This document shows positions 11,723-22,600 of a DNA stretch of 64,000 bases, one piece after another (within the stretch, counting starts at the first letter, position 1; each line of letters starts with the position of its first letter). The stretch is from sequence record MT612988.1; one strand, written 5' to 3'. A program made the position numbers and the translations under genes. The notes under the pieces are model-generated. The model worked only from the letters and a program-made list of their open reading frames with translations. It was not told the DNA's origin and did no database searches.

Positions 11723-13150
11723 TTATGCAGTTCTTTCCCACATGTAAACAGTATAGTATGGCTGTACGTTATTATGTGGTTGACCACCACCTTCTGGTGA
11801 TGAGTAATACAAGTAGTTGTCGTTATCAGTGCGACCTGAACCTGGGTTGCTTCTACCATATTCGTATGCAACTCCAAACCCTAGTCCGTTGCCACCGTAA
11901 GTCCAACGATCACCCCAACCCGCGTGTTTGTGAGTTGGCATTGTTTCTTCAGTTAAGATAACTTCGTATTCACCACCTGTTTGTCTTACGTTGAATGTTC
12001 TACCACCATGTGTACCTTCAGATACAAGCACGCGACCTTCTGCAATTCTAGACCATGTTCCGCCGAATAGCGTAGCTGGTGATGTAGATTCAAGTGACAT
12101 GTAAATAGCACCAACAGGGTACATATTCAACATAGCTGATGATTCAATCAGACCATTTGTCATTAACTGAGTACCACTTACAGATTGAACATCGTCGATT
12201 TTCAATGTACCAGTTACTGTCCCGCCTGAAACCCCAATCTTTTCATTATTCAACTTATAACCCATTGCCGCACTTAGTGCTTGAGTCGCATCGTTTGTTG
12301 TTAGATTGTTTGCAATTTTCGCAACACCGACACGTGAGCTAGTCGCAGTGAATAAATCTAATGTACCGACTGTGACTGCATGGTCATTAGATGTACGCGC
12401 ATTTGCAACTGTTGAGTTCGGTAGATAGAAACCTGCCTTTCTCGTAGTTGTCGCTGTGCGTTCATTGAATCGATACGGTGAAATTGCTAGATTGTTTTCT
12501 GATGCTGATGTGCTGTTTACTTCAGTTGCATTTGCTAATCGAATCAACCCTTTCGTCGTTTCTGTAGCATCTGATGCGGTAGTATTCGCCCACACGTCAA
12601 GCATTTCTTTAACTCTCTGAGGGGTCATCGCTACGCTATTAGATAATGTACCTGTTGTCGTTGCTTGTGCATATGTCGCTAGCCGTACAGCACCCGGCGA
12701 AGATTCAGTTGCATAGAAACGAGTATTCAACGCGTAGTTCAATGTTTTAAGCGTGAATGCATGTTTCTGTGCTTCTTCTACTGCGGCTGTCGGGTCAATG
12801 TTATCAATCGTGCTGTTTGTAATCAGCTTCACAAAACCGTATTGAAGTTCTGTTGCAGTCGCGTGATTTTCCATCCAATAATTTAATGCAGATGGTGTCA
12901 CCGCGCTTGTGTTATTAAGCTCATCTGCGACTGCTGCATTATCACTTAACAATGTAATACCCGCGACAGATGTTGATGCTATAGGGTAATCGGGTAATGG
13001 TTGAAGTGCATGAGCTTGTACAAGCTCAAGACACGTTTGGAGATCGTTATTACCCCCAGTAAGACCATCAAAGGAAGTACCTTCGACTTCAACTGTAACC
13101 GTACCCGCATCGTCAATCACGTGATTGAAAATTTGAGTTCCTTTGCTCAT
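11723..13150 (-). CDS. gp12: short tail fibre paralogue A
   Basis: gp12-type repeats (ASTSVAGI, ATETTKGLIRLA); C-terminal PTHKHAGWG...PHNNVQPYYTVYMWER. Confidence 0.85.
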   Translation of the reverse strand: MSKGTQIFNHVIDDAGTVTVEVEGTSFDGLTGGNNDLQTCLELVQAHALQPLPDYPIASTSVAGITLLSDNAAVADELNNTSAVTPSALNYWMENHATATELQYGFVKLITNSTIDNIDPTAAVEEAQKHAFTLKTLNYALNTRFYATESSPGAVRLATYAQATTTGTLSNSVAMTPQRVKEMLDVWANTTASDATETTKGLIRLANATEVNSTSASENNLAISPYRFNERTATTTRKAGFYLPNSTVANARTSNDHAVTVGTLDLFTATSSRVGVAKIANNLTTNDATQALSAAMGYKLNNEKIGVSGGTVTGTLKIDDVQSVSGTQLMTNGLIESSAMLNMYPVGAIYMSLESTSPATLFGGTWSRIAEGRVLVSEGTHGGRTFNVRQTGGEYEVILTEETMPTHKHAGWGDRWTYGGNGLGFGVAYEYGRSNPGSGRTDNDNYLYYSSPEGGGQPHNNVQPYYTVYMWERTA

Positions 13151-14685
13151 TTAACTCGTCTCCAAATGTAAACTGGGTAGTATGGCATCATATTCTCATG
13201 CGGCTCATTACCACCAACTGCTTCGTTGTAATACATGTAATTATCACGATCAGTAGATTTCGAACCGGGATTATTACGCGAACCTGTTATACCGAATCTC
13301 CAGTAACTGACAGTATTATATTCATCACACGTATATGTTACACCATACGGGCTTCGATGAGTTTCGTAGCGAATACACCCCTCGCGTGAGCCTGTATATG
13401 CTTCACCCCAACCTGCGTGTTGGTGTTGTGGTAAATTACTCTCGTATAACTGAACACGGTCGATGTCACTGAACGAACCCGCTGCGTAATATCTGCGAGT
13501 GAACCCATCATCACCGATACCCTGCCCCATCATAGTTCGACCTGCTCTCATCTTATACCATACGCCACCGAAAATCTCATTCGGGTCAACTGATGAAGTG
13601 CAGTGAAAAATACTACCCACAGGGCGCCCTTCGAGACCGATCTTCGCGTCTAATTGGTTGTTTGGGAACATTTCTCTCTGCTCTCGCACAGTTGTGTAAT
13701 ATGTTCCACCATAGCTGCTCTGCTTTTGACGAGAAATGATGTTTGTGTAAATGTTGTCGCACTTCAAAACACCAGTAATTGTACCACCGTCTGGTCCCAA
13801 TAGTGTATTCAAATCAACACCAAGTGCAGCACTTGTGGCTTTCGTTGAGTCGTTTACATACGAGCTTGGTAGTTCAAAGAACCCGTGCTTAGTCGGTGTC
13901 GCTATTAGATTGTCAATTGTACCGGGAGTTATAGCATATTCATCTGAATCGCTTGCATTACGGTCATAGTTGTTCTGTGTTAATTTGAATGCACCACGCT
14001 TAGATGTCGTCGCTTTAACGTAATTAAGACCTTTAACTGTAATTGCAATCGAACCGTCTGATTTATACCCGTCTCGTTCTGCTACAGTACGAAGCACGCC
14101 CGTGTATGTTTCTGTCGCTTGAGCCCAAGGGTTTGGTATCTCTGCTTTAATTAAGTTCCACGTTCTAAGTGGGGAAATGAATCGATCAGGGTTATATGCT
14201 AAAGTTTCGCTTAGATTTGCAAACTCAGCAAAACCTTGTGATTCGTTTGTTGTGTCATCTGCTAGTGCATTACGAGTCGTCATCATTTCATTTAGACGGC
14301 GATATGACAGCAAACGACTTGCATCTGATGACGAATATGTTCTTGTCAAATCAGTATTACGCAATTCTTGTAGATTACCTAACTGAGTACTGGTTGCTGG
14401 TGACACGAACTGATCAACCCCGTCTAGTGACGCTGGTGTGATTACAGTTAATAAGTCGTCAAGTGCATTAGCTTCTGTTTGAGTTGCGTACTCAACAATA
14501 CCAGCCTCAGTCGTTGTCGCATACGGAAGTGACGGAAGTGGTGCTAATGCGCTATCGTCAAATAGCTCCATTATACTCTGCACATCACCGCCTGACTCAA
14601 ACGCTGAACCAGGCGATGTGAAGGGCTGTAGGTAAACATATTGCGCTGCATCACTAGCGTGCGTGAATATGTTTGTTCCTGACAT
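13147..14685 (-). CDS. gp12: short tail fibre paralogue B
   Basis: Same architecture as paralogue A (ATTTEAGIVEYAT; PQHQHAGWG...PHENMMPYYPVYIWRR). Confidence 0.75.
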   Translation of the reverse strand: MSGTNIFTHASDAAQYVYLQPFTSPGSAFESGGDVQSIMELFDDSALAPLPSLPYATTTEAGIVEYATQTEANALDDLLTVITPASLDGVDQFVSPATSTQLGNLQELRNTDLTRTYSSSDASRLLSYRRLNEMMTTRNALADDTTNESQGFAEFANLSETLAYNPDRFISPLRTWNLIKAEIPNPWAQATETYTGVLRTVAERDGYKSDGSIAITVKGLNYVKATTSKRGAFKLTQNNYDRNASDSDEYAITPGTIDNLIATPTKHGFFELPSSYVNDSTKATSAALGVDLNTLLGPDGGTITGVLKCDNIYTNIISRQKQSSYGGTYYTTVREQREMFPNNQLDAKIGLEGRPVGSIFHCTSSVDPNEIFGGVWYKMRAGRTMMGQGIGDDGFTRRYYAAGSFSDIDRVQLYESNLPQHQHAGWGEAYTGSREGCIRYETHRSPYGVTYTCDEYNTVSYWRFGITGSRNNPGSKSTDRDNYMYYNEAVGGNEPHENMMPYYPVYIWRRVK

Positions 14686-15371
14686 TATGCAATCCTTCTG
14701 TAATAATACACAGGGTCTGTGAATGTAGTTGAATCAGTGTGATATAATTCCCACTCGCCGTAACCAAGACTCGTCTGACCGTCTGATGTACCCGTGACAA
14801 CGCTTTTCGCTTGAATCCCAGTTGGTGCCCCTAAAGGGTCTAGAATGTCTGCAAACGTCGCTGTGTACGCTGTATTGTGCGGTCTTGAGCTTCGGTGCTT
14901 CAAAAGAAACGTATTTGATGGTGGTACATGATCTGTCGGAACCATGTCAAACAGATCTGATTCTAGTAACGCAGTGAACACTTTCTCTGCAATATCGTTA
15001 TCAGAATCGCCTACTTCTAGTTGAACAGGAACACCGTATAGCGTTATGTATTCAACTCCCGATGTACCGTTGTACGTAATCGTTTCATTAAATTGATTTG
15101 TGTTGAATGGGTTCGAAGCGTCAGTTGAAGCAATGATTGTCCCTACTGGCATAATTGCTGCCATAGCAAGCTGCATAATCGCAGCTTGCACGTTTGGGTC
15201 CCACGCACCGTCTTGAATCTCATCGACTGTCGAATCGCCCAATACCGCACCGCGGAAATTGAAGCGATCACCCGGGAATAATCCCGAGTCGCTAATCGCA
15301 TCTTGATCGAAAACTTTCATGCGTGAGTCATTACTCCACACTTGTGACGCATGTCTTGCTTTAGTCGTCAT
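14685..15371 (-). CDS. gp11: baseplate wedge subunit / tail pin
   Basis: Position between gp10 and gp12; IMPVGTII; GYGEWELY; TAATG coupling to the gp10 stop. Confidence 0.75.
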   Translation of the reverse strand: MTTKARHASQVWSNDSRMKVFDQDAISDSGLFPGDRFNFRGAVLGDSTVDEIQDGAWDPNVQAAIMQLAMAAIMPVGTIIASTDASNPFNTNQFNETITYNGTSGVEYITLYGVPVQLEVGDSDNDIAEKVFTALLESDLFDMVPTDHVPPSNTFLLKHRSSRPHNTAYTATFADILDPLGAPTGIQAKSVVTGTSDGQTSLGYGEWELYHTDSTTFTDPVYYYRRIA

Positions 15372-17617
15372 TATGCAGTCCTTATCCAAGTGTATGCAGT
15401 GATATATGGCTGAGTTACGTCAACCGCCTGAGCCACCTGACCATGATTGACCTTGATTGGCTCTTCTTTGTAGTAAGCTAGTGGCGTAGTGTTTTCAGGG
15501 TCGCCTAAACAACCATTCAAGTTAATGTCACCGCCTGAAGTAGCTGAACGTGCAACTAAGCTGTATTGTTCTGTGATGTTGTTAATATCACGCGAAGAAT
15601 CATTCGCGTAATCTGGGTTTGTTGTACTGATTAGCTCAGGGATATTCTCTTGAGTAAGAGTCACACCAATTGAACCACCCGTACCACCTGCTTGAACGAT
15701 ATTTTCATTGTTATTGTTTCGGTGGAACTTACCGTCGTCATTTGGGTTCCAACCCACGACTGTACGCCCCTCTGCATATCGAACCCATGTACCAAAGCCC
15801 ATATAATCGGCTGGGTTATTCGGGTTGTTTGCATTTGTGTATACCGAACCAATAGGGAAGATACTTTCAAACAGTGATGTCAGCGTACCGCCCGGTGCAA
15901 ACGTCTCAGGGTCTGGCAGAACTTCAGTTACTGCCGATGATGGGTTTTGCGGGTCGGTGTACATGATCTTGTTTGAGCGTCGTACGTCTGCCCAGTCGTC
16001 ACGTGAAACGAAAATCTCACGGGTTCTTTGTTGCAAGTTATCGTCGCCGTCATCCCACGTAAGCAATGTACCTATCACGTTGTCATACCAACGAACTGTT
16101 ACAATGTCGCTATCGATTAACGGGTCAGCGAAAACAATCGTATTCCAACGACCTTCCGAGTCTTGAATATAATCGTAATCATACTCACCGCCTGCTAGAC
16201 TATCACCATTACCTGCTGTATTCGACTTGGTTAACTGAGAACCATTGACTAATACTTCTAGTGTTTCGGTGTTAAACTGCGTATAATCAGGAAGACCGAA
16301 ATCACTCAACGTGATTTGCATGTCAGGTACGAAATCTTTACGTACGATTTGTCCCGGTGATTCGTCTACCGCGTAGTTGTTTTGGTCGATTACTTTAATT
16401 GATTTTAAAACGTAGCTACTACGGAAGCTCGACACGTCACTCAAGTATGTAATAAACGCAATTGGGTCAGCGTCATTTGCAGCCAAACGCAAACGAATCG
16501 TTCTACCGTCAAGCGGAGCTAGATCATCGTTTGTCAACTGTCTCCAACGAGAATCAGCCGTTAGATCTGTATATCCCGATGCTGATGTATGTGAAATCAA
16601 ACATTCAAATGTCTGAGAGTAACCATTGTGGTCTTGAGTTACGATATCACCAACTGCATATGCAGTACTACCCGCGTGGTCTACATACTCTGGGAAATCT
16701 GCGAATTCAGCCCATTTAGACTCTTCCCATGCGCCGATGCTGTTGTGTTCTTCTAGACATTGCCAGATGCGGTCATCACGACCTGTAACAGCGTCACCTC
16801 GTACTAAATCACCAACGTGATATGTTTCTGGGTTGTTTGATACCCATGCTTCAACAGTGTGAAGCGGGATTGAACCATAGTCGCTAAAGTCGCTAAGTTC
16901 GTCACCGAAGTATAACAAGTTACCACGACGATACACTTCTACCGCAGCTTGGTTGTATAACCCACCATTTAATTCAAGTGATACGTTGAAGTCACGCTGA
17001 TCTTGTCGTGCGATGATTGCTCGACGTAGAACACTAGGGATGTCACCGAATGTCAAACCGTTTACGTATTTCTGTGCAACATATTCCCAATGACGTGGTG
17101 GGGTGAATACAAGCTCAAGATCTTGATATGCATTCCCGAATTCCGCGCCAGAACCTAAGTCGTTTTGAGTTGAACCTGCGACACGTTTTATCGAGTCTTT
17201 AGGGTCTGGGTATACTGTTACAAGCTGCTTAGACCATGTGCCTTTAACGTCACGTAAACGAATCGCTTTACCGTAGTCTGCCTCTTCAACACCACTCGGT
17301 AGATATACATCAACTGGACCCAGTGACGTATCGATAGTCCATGATTCACCAAAACTTACGCGCAATTCAGGTCCCTGACCATCGCCGTTCTCGTCGAAAT
17401 ACAGTTCAGCGTTAGCAGGGTTGTACGATGTATCACCGTTTAGATATGTAGATGCAAATTTCCAATTGCGCCAAGCACCGGCAGCATATAATCTGCTACC
17501 GTCGCCTAATTGACTGTATATTTCGTCGAAGTTGTCACGGGTCTTAATGCCACCTACTCTTAGGTAATCACCAGTACCGTCATCAACAATTTGTCCGACG
17601 TTGATCGTCTGTTTCAT
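15371..17617 (-). CDS. gp10: baseplate wedge subunit with two inserted CBM5/12-like modules
   Basis: MKQTINVGQIVDDGTGDYLR, IFPIGSVY, NPADYMGFGTW, QPYITAYTWIRTA. Confidence 0.95.
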   Translation of the reverse strand: MKQTINVGQIVDDGTGDYLRVGGIKTRDNFDEIYSQLGDGSRLYAAGAWRNWKFASTYLNGDTSYNPANAELYFDENGDGQGPELRVSFGESWTIDTSLGPVDVYLPSGVEEADYGKAIRLRDVKGTWSKQLVTVYPDPKDSIKRVAGSTQNDLGSGAEFGNAYQDLELVFTPPRHWEYVAQKYVNGLTFGDIPSVLRRAIIARQDQRDFNVSLELNGGLYNQAAVEVYRRGNLLYFGDELSDFSDYGSIPLHTVEAWVSNNPETYHVGDLVRGDAVTGRDDRIWQCLEEHNSIGAWEESKWAEFADFPEYVDHAGSTAYAVGDIVTQDHNGYSQTFECLISHTSASGYTDLTADSRWRQLTNDDLAPLDGRTIRLRLAANDADPIAFITYLSDVSSFRSSYVLKSIKVIDQNNYAVDESPGQIVRKDFVPDMQITLSDFGLPDYTQFNTETLEVLVNGSQLTKSNTAGNGDSLAGGEYDYDYIQDSEGRWNTIVFADPLIDSDIVTVRWYDNVIGTLLTWDDGDDNLQQRTREIFVSRDDWADVRRSNKIMYTDPQNPSSAVTEVLPDPETFAPGGTLTSLFESIFPIGSVYTNANNPNNPADYMGFGTWVRYAEGRTVVGWNPNDDGKFHRNNNNENIVQAGGTGGSIGVTLTQENIPELISTTNPDYANDSSRDINNITEQYSLVARSATSGGDINLNGCLGDPENTTPLAYYKEEPIKVNHGQVAQAVDVTQPYITAYTWIRTA

Positions 17618-17626
17618 TATTGTCCC

Positions 17627-18595
17627 TTACGATAGTCTGATTGTTTCGATAGATTTGATAGCAATTGAAACATTGTCGTCGTTTGATGTAATATCAAGAA
17701 CGATGTTGCCAGCGTCAACTCGCGGTTCAATCAGAATCAAGTTACCAAAATCTTTGTCTGTATTGATTACTGAGTATTCATCAATATAAACGTCTGTTAT
17801 GTTATTTAGCAGCAACAATTCCGATGACATGCGTCGAGTAACAGCACCACCCTGTAGAGGGTCGCTATTCTCTGCATAAACCATCAATTTACATGCTGCA
17901 TACGATTGAATATCGAATAGCGGCATTGTAACTGTCACCGTGTCTGGAATTGAGTAAATCGTGTCATTAACTGGCGCACCGAAGTCACCTGCAATCGGGT
18001 TGATTTTGACACCCCACTGCGGCGTTCCTGCTAATCCCGTACCATCGTCAATGACAGTGCAGATGATATGACATCGATTTGTACGAACAATTTGAGTTCC
18101 GTTAAGTTCTGGGGCACCTACAATAGCGTCTCCTGATGATGGTGCTAGTACAATCGGGTTTGTATCTAATGTTGCTGTTGTGTTCTGAAACTCTATTCGC
18201 TCACCGCGTTTTGCCATCCCTGCTGTCGTGCCAATCTTCGGTAAATTCAACGTCATCGATGCACCGCCGCCTAATGATGACGTGTCGATGTCATATTTAC
18301 CACCTGTTACGATTGATGTCAGTAAGTTTGTATTGTTCGGACCACCCGAACCGCCCGCAGTAGAACTCGGTGGAATTCTCTGCCAATAACCACCTGCATG
18401 AGGTCTAGGTGCGATGTCATTATATGCAGGGATATAGTTTTCACCTGCATCGGTTAGCTCAAAGTCTGCATTAATATGGTAAAACTCATCTGAGTTATCA
18501 CGCAGCTTATTACCACCATTGTGAATTGTATCACCAGTACCGACCGAACCCGCCGTACCAGTTTCTAATCTATTACGTCCCATTTCTTTCTCCAA
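17627..18595 (-). CDS. gp9: baseplate tail-fibre connector
   Basis: GSVGTGDTIHNGGNKL N-terminus; position between gp8 and gp10. Confidence 0.85.
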   Translation of the reverse strand: MEKEMGRNRLETGTAGSVGTGDTIHNGGNKLRDNSDEFYHINADFELTDAGENYIPAYNDIAPRPHAGGYWQRIPPSSTAGGSGGPNNTNLLTSIVTGGKYDIDTSSLGGGASMTLNLPKIGTTAGMAKRGERIEFQNTTATLDTNPIVLAPSSGDAIVGAPELNGTQIVRTNRCHIICTVIDDGTGLAGTPQWGVKINPIAGDFGAPVNDTIYSIPDTVTVTMPLFDIQSYAACKLMVYAENSDPLQGGAVTRRMSSELLLLNNITDVYIDEYSVINTDKDFGNLILIEPRVDAGNIVLDITSNDDNVSIAIKSIETIRLS

Positions 18596-18636
18596 GAAAG
18601 GCGCATATGCGCCTTATGAGTTATTTACTGTATTTA

Positions 18637-19668
18637 TTAGAAGTTGTAGATCAGATTGAATTCTTCTACCTGGTCTAATGTTTTACGAATCGGCTGACGG
18701 TTTTCCATGTAGATAATTTGACCTGTTCCTGCTTGTATCTCATGCGGGTCGTATCTAACTTCAGTCGCTTTCGTGTCTTCGGTATCGCCTTCTTGACGAA
18801 TCAATAATGGGTTCTGAACAAGTGAAATCTGACGATACCCGTTATTCCCGGGACCGAATAAGTGAATAAAGTCAGAGCCTGCTAATTTAGCTCGGAATCG
18901 TAACTGAACTGCACCTACGTTGAAAATAGTTTCGTCGTAGTTCTCGTTGAATACGATATTCTGATCAAGACCCCACGCAACTCGATTTTCGATGATGTCG
19001 TTAGGGAACGGACAAACGATGTATTCTTTTGTCACGTTCGTTAAGACTTCATTCGGCGGGATAGTGTATAGATATTCCCATACGTAACCGTCACCTGTTT
19101 CAATCGCATTCCCTGTACCATGAGGGATATTCTCTTGGTTACCGGGTGACGACGGTGCATTCCATTCACCGCCAACTGCTACACAGTCATTTTTATTTGT
19201 GACTGTTGATATTGAACATGTACCACGAATGTTTGTGTTATTCGGGTCAGTCTCTGGAATATCGACACATCGATAAACCATATAGCCGTTCAATGCGCTC
19301 GGGTGACTGTTGATTGACATCGTATTAACTGTCACGATATCGCCAAATGTGAAACGAAGTGAATCGTTTAGGTCAGGGTCGCCCCAGTCCTTACGAGGAA
19401 TAACAGGGCGAAGCTGTGATTTTGGAATCTTAATCAGACCTAGCGCACGCGCCCAAACGTCTGCTTTCCCATCTGGGCTATCGTTTGGGTAAGGTGGCGC
19501 GAAGTTTATTTCATCTTCGCGGTCTGACCAAGGCTCGTTACGACCGAACATAAGGTAAATTGTGTTCTTGTCGTCGTCATCACCTACGTTTTCGTAGAAG
19601 TTCATCAAGTTATTAACTCGATACTCTGTTGTGATTGTTGATCTGTAAATTTTTGCCACTTTATTCAC
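18637..19668 (-). CDS. gp8: baseplate wedge subunit
   Basis: YLMFGRNEPW, PRKDWGDP, GDGYVWEYLYTIP, YRQISLVQNP. Confidence 0.95.
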   Translation of the reverse strand: MNKVAKIYRSTITTEYRVNNLMNFYENVGDDDDKNTIYLMFGRNEPWSDREDEINFAPPYPNDSPDGKADVWARALGLIKIPKSQLRPVIPRKDWGDPDLNDSLRFTFGDIVTVNTMSINSHPSALNGYMVYRCVDIPETDPNNTNIRGTCSISTVTNKNDCVAVGGEWNAPSSPGNQENIPHGTGNAIETGDGYVWEYLYTIPPNEVLTNVTKEYIVCPFPNDIIENRVAWGLDQNIVFNENYDETIFNVGAVQLRFRAKLAGSDFIHLFGPGNNGYRQISLVQNPLLIRQEGDTEDTKATEVRYDPHEIQAGTGQIIYMENRQPIRKTLDQVEEFNLIYNF

Positions 19669-22600
19669 CTATTTGTTTTTGAGTCGGCGTTACTGGGTCA
19701 TATGGGTTGCCAACGTTGTCTTTCAATCTGTAATCAGAATCTTCGTACATATCTGAAATACTCGTCGATGCTGCTGACCAGTCAAACATAAATGCAGGAG
19801 TTCGTTCGTATGCTGTCATTCCCCAATATACCGACCCGTTTGCGTCTGCTGATTGAACTTTCGCAGTTGGGTTGTAATTGGGATTCAGAACACGTTTCTT
19901 ACCGCCCCATTCATCGTTGATATCACCCGTGTCTGTTTCTATATATCGTTGCTCGTCGATAGCTGAATACTCATCTAAAGCAATCACACGATCATTAGCC
20001 CAGTAGTTGTTGTAGTCGATGATTGTAATACCCTGTGTATTAGTCAATCGATCTTGAATCGCATGATCAAGCGGGTCTTCTAGTGCTAACGGGTGTGGCT
20101 TCAATTGAAGTTCACCGAACGAGTTGTAAATTCTATCGTCGTTACCATCAAGCAATGAAGTTTCTTCAGTGAAGTTATTCCCTATACCGTTGTCATAGCG
20201 AATCAATCTGTATGAATCTACAATCGTTTCGTGGTGGTTGACTGAGATACCGTGATTGATCAATACTGTCAGCAACGTAATACCTAAGAACCCAAACCCA
20301 ATTGGGTGTACAAATCGAATTACATCATCTTTGTACTGACTAAGCTGAATCTCAGAACGAATCTTCATAACGTAGTATGATTTGCTTCGATCAAGAAATT
20401 CATTTGAATCGTAGTCGATTCGTTCACCTTGTACGCGAGTAATCGCAGTTGCAGTGAATTCCAGACCGTCGATTTCTAACGTGTCGCCGATGTTCAACTC
20501 ACCGATTAAGTTGTTCAAAGTCAATTTCCAGTAACGTTTACCTTCAATGTAATGACGGTCAACATATGTCACGTCTGCGTTGCCTGTCTCTGAATAAATT
20601 CTACGACCTACCACATCATCGGTTACGTCATTTGAGTTAACAACGATTGAATATTCAAACGTGTTAAGCGATTCTATTTCAACTTCAACATCTTCGTTGT
20701 ACAGTAACTTGAACAAGAACTTGTATGAGTCTAAAATACCTTTAGTGCTGTAAAAATCTGCACGTCGTGCCAAGAAAAATTTAACAACTGCATCACGTTT
20801 CTCTGGCTCTAGAATACGATTTCGCTCGTATACTAATTTGTGTAGATACTCAGTGTAATGGTCGTCAAGTGGGTTTTTGCTGTTAAGCAAGTTATACACG
20901 TTATTATAAGCCGTACCATCACCTTTACTGATGAAATCTAAGTAGTGCTTTGCAAAACTCTTGTAAAACCCGTCTGCATCGAGATAATTCTCTGGCATCA
21001 TCTTGTAAATCAATGGTGTCAGAGTCGGGTCGAGCATACTTGTTGGGTCTTCTTCAGGCGGCTCGATAATTACTGGAGAATAATTAGACAAACTAGCCGT
21101 GATTACACGACGCTCAGGCGACCAGCGAATTGGCGCTGTGATATCAACGCGGTATGGAAACTTGTAGTAACCTATTACCTTGTTGTCGTTCGCGCTGTGA
21201 ATGATCGCACCTGCTGCATAACCATTAAACCCGAAAATCGATAGATTAGGAGCTTCCAGTTTGTATTCACCTTCGTCAAATGTCTCTTTCCATTTATATT
21301 CGTCTAGATCTTCAAAATCGCTTCTGAAAATTGACTCTTTCTTGTAGTACATGATTTCATTTGCCCAAGATTTCCAATCACGTGTTTCAGCACGCTGCAT
21401 CCAGTTGAAATGCGCGGATCCGTAATAATCTTGCGGCTTGTAGTACCAATCATCACCGTCTTTCGTCGCGATAATCTGTGTCATCGGCTTAACGTATGTT
21501 GTAAAGAACGGTTTAGTGAACATACGAACAGCTTCGTCAACTTCATCGTTGTCTGAAACTAGATACGGGTCATCTATTGTACCGTAGTTATCACCCGCAG
21601 TTGAGTGGAAATTACCAGGTGCACCGCTAGACTCTTGACGATTGTCGTAAGCTGGGTTGCCTTCTTCACCGTAGTTCTTTGTTAGATCGTGACCTACAAT
21701 CAAATGAGTGTTGTCACGTGAAATAACTGAACGATCGTTTAGAAGTTCGCGTTCTTCTTCAATGTTTCCGTATACACGTTCCCATGTCAAGCCAGTGTAA
21801 CCAATAACGATACCATCTCTCAATGTCGCTGTGCGATTTAGTCGATAAACACCGCGAATCTCATTCGGGTCAGATGTACCGATTCGTTTACCGTTCTCGT
21901 CATGCTCCCACTCACCTATGACTAGCGCGAACATATTTCCGTCTTGATAATCGAGACCTTGCTCTGGGTCGTCGAAGTACTGAATTTTCTTAACACACAC
22001 ATCTGCTGTGTTTTCATCAAAATTAGGTCGACTCGCGTCGTTTTTCACAATCTTATCTTCAAAGTAAACAGGTTCGTTGTTTAATTCGCCCGTTGTTTCG
22101 AAAATACGTTCGCCATATAGTTCTGATAATACGTTATCGAAAATTCGCGGGATTCTGTTGTTATGCCACACGTAGGTGTTTGCGTATGTTACAACGGACA
22201 TTACATCATCAACGCCGAAAGCGTCTGCTTTGTTACGCACTTGTGGTGGTAATATAGCCAAATCTTTGAAACGCTCAACATCGAACCCAAACCCTAAGTC
22301 GAAGTCTAGTTTATCGAACGTCAAATCAACCGATGCATGTGAATATTCAAGCCCATTATCGTGCGAGTAATCAACGTCATTCGATTGTACGCCTTGAATA
22401 AGGTAATCATACCCTAGTAGGTAACTAAATGCGTTAGACTGCTTACAGATGCAATCATAGACTGGGTTCCCTAGTCTTGAGTTCGTTGCTTTATATGTCT
22501 GCCATGTTCTACCGCCGTCGTTAGACACTTTACAAACTTGTTGCCAGCGTTCGAACGCATATATAACATCGTCTATAACAACAGGGATTACGCGATCAAC

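Noticed and set aside
11360-11800. 146-aa + strand ORF across the wac-gp12 intergenic region
   Set aside because: Antisense to the late operon, and its TNHTNTSN low complexity comes from the TTAG repeat element.
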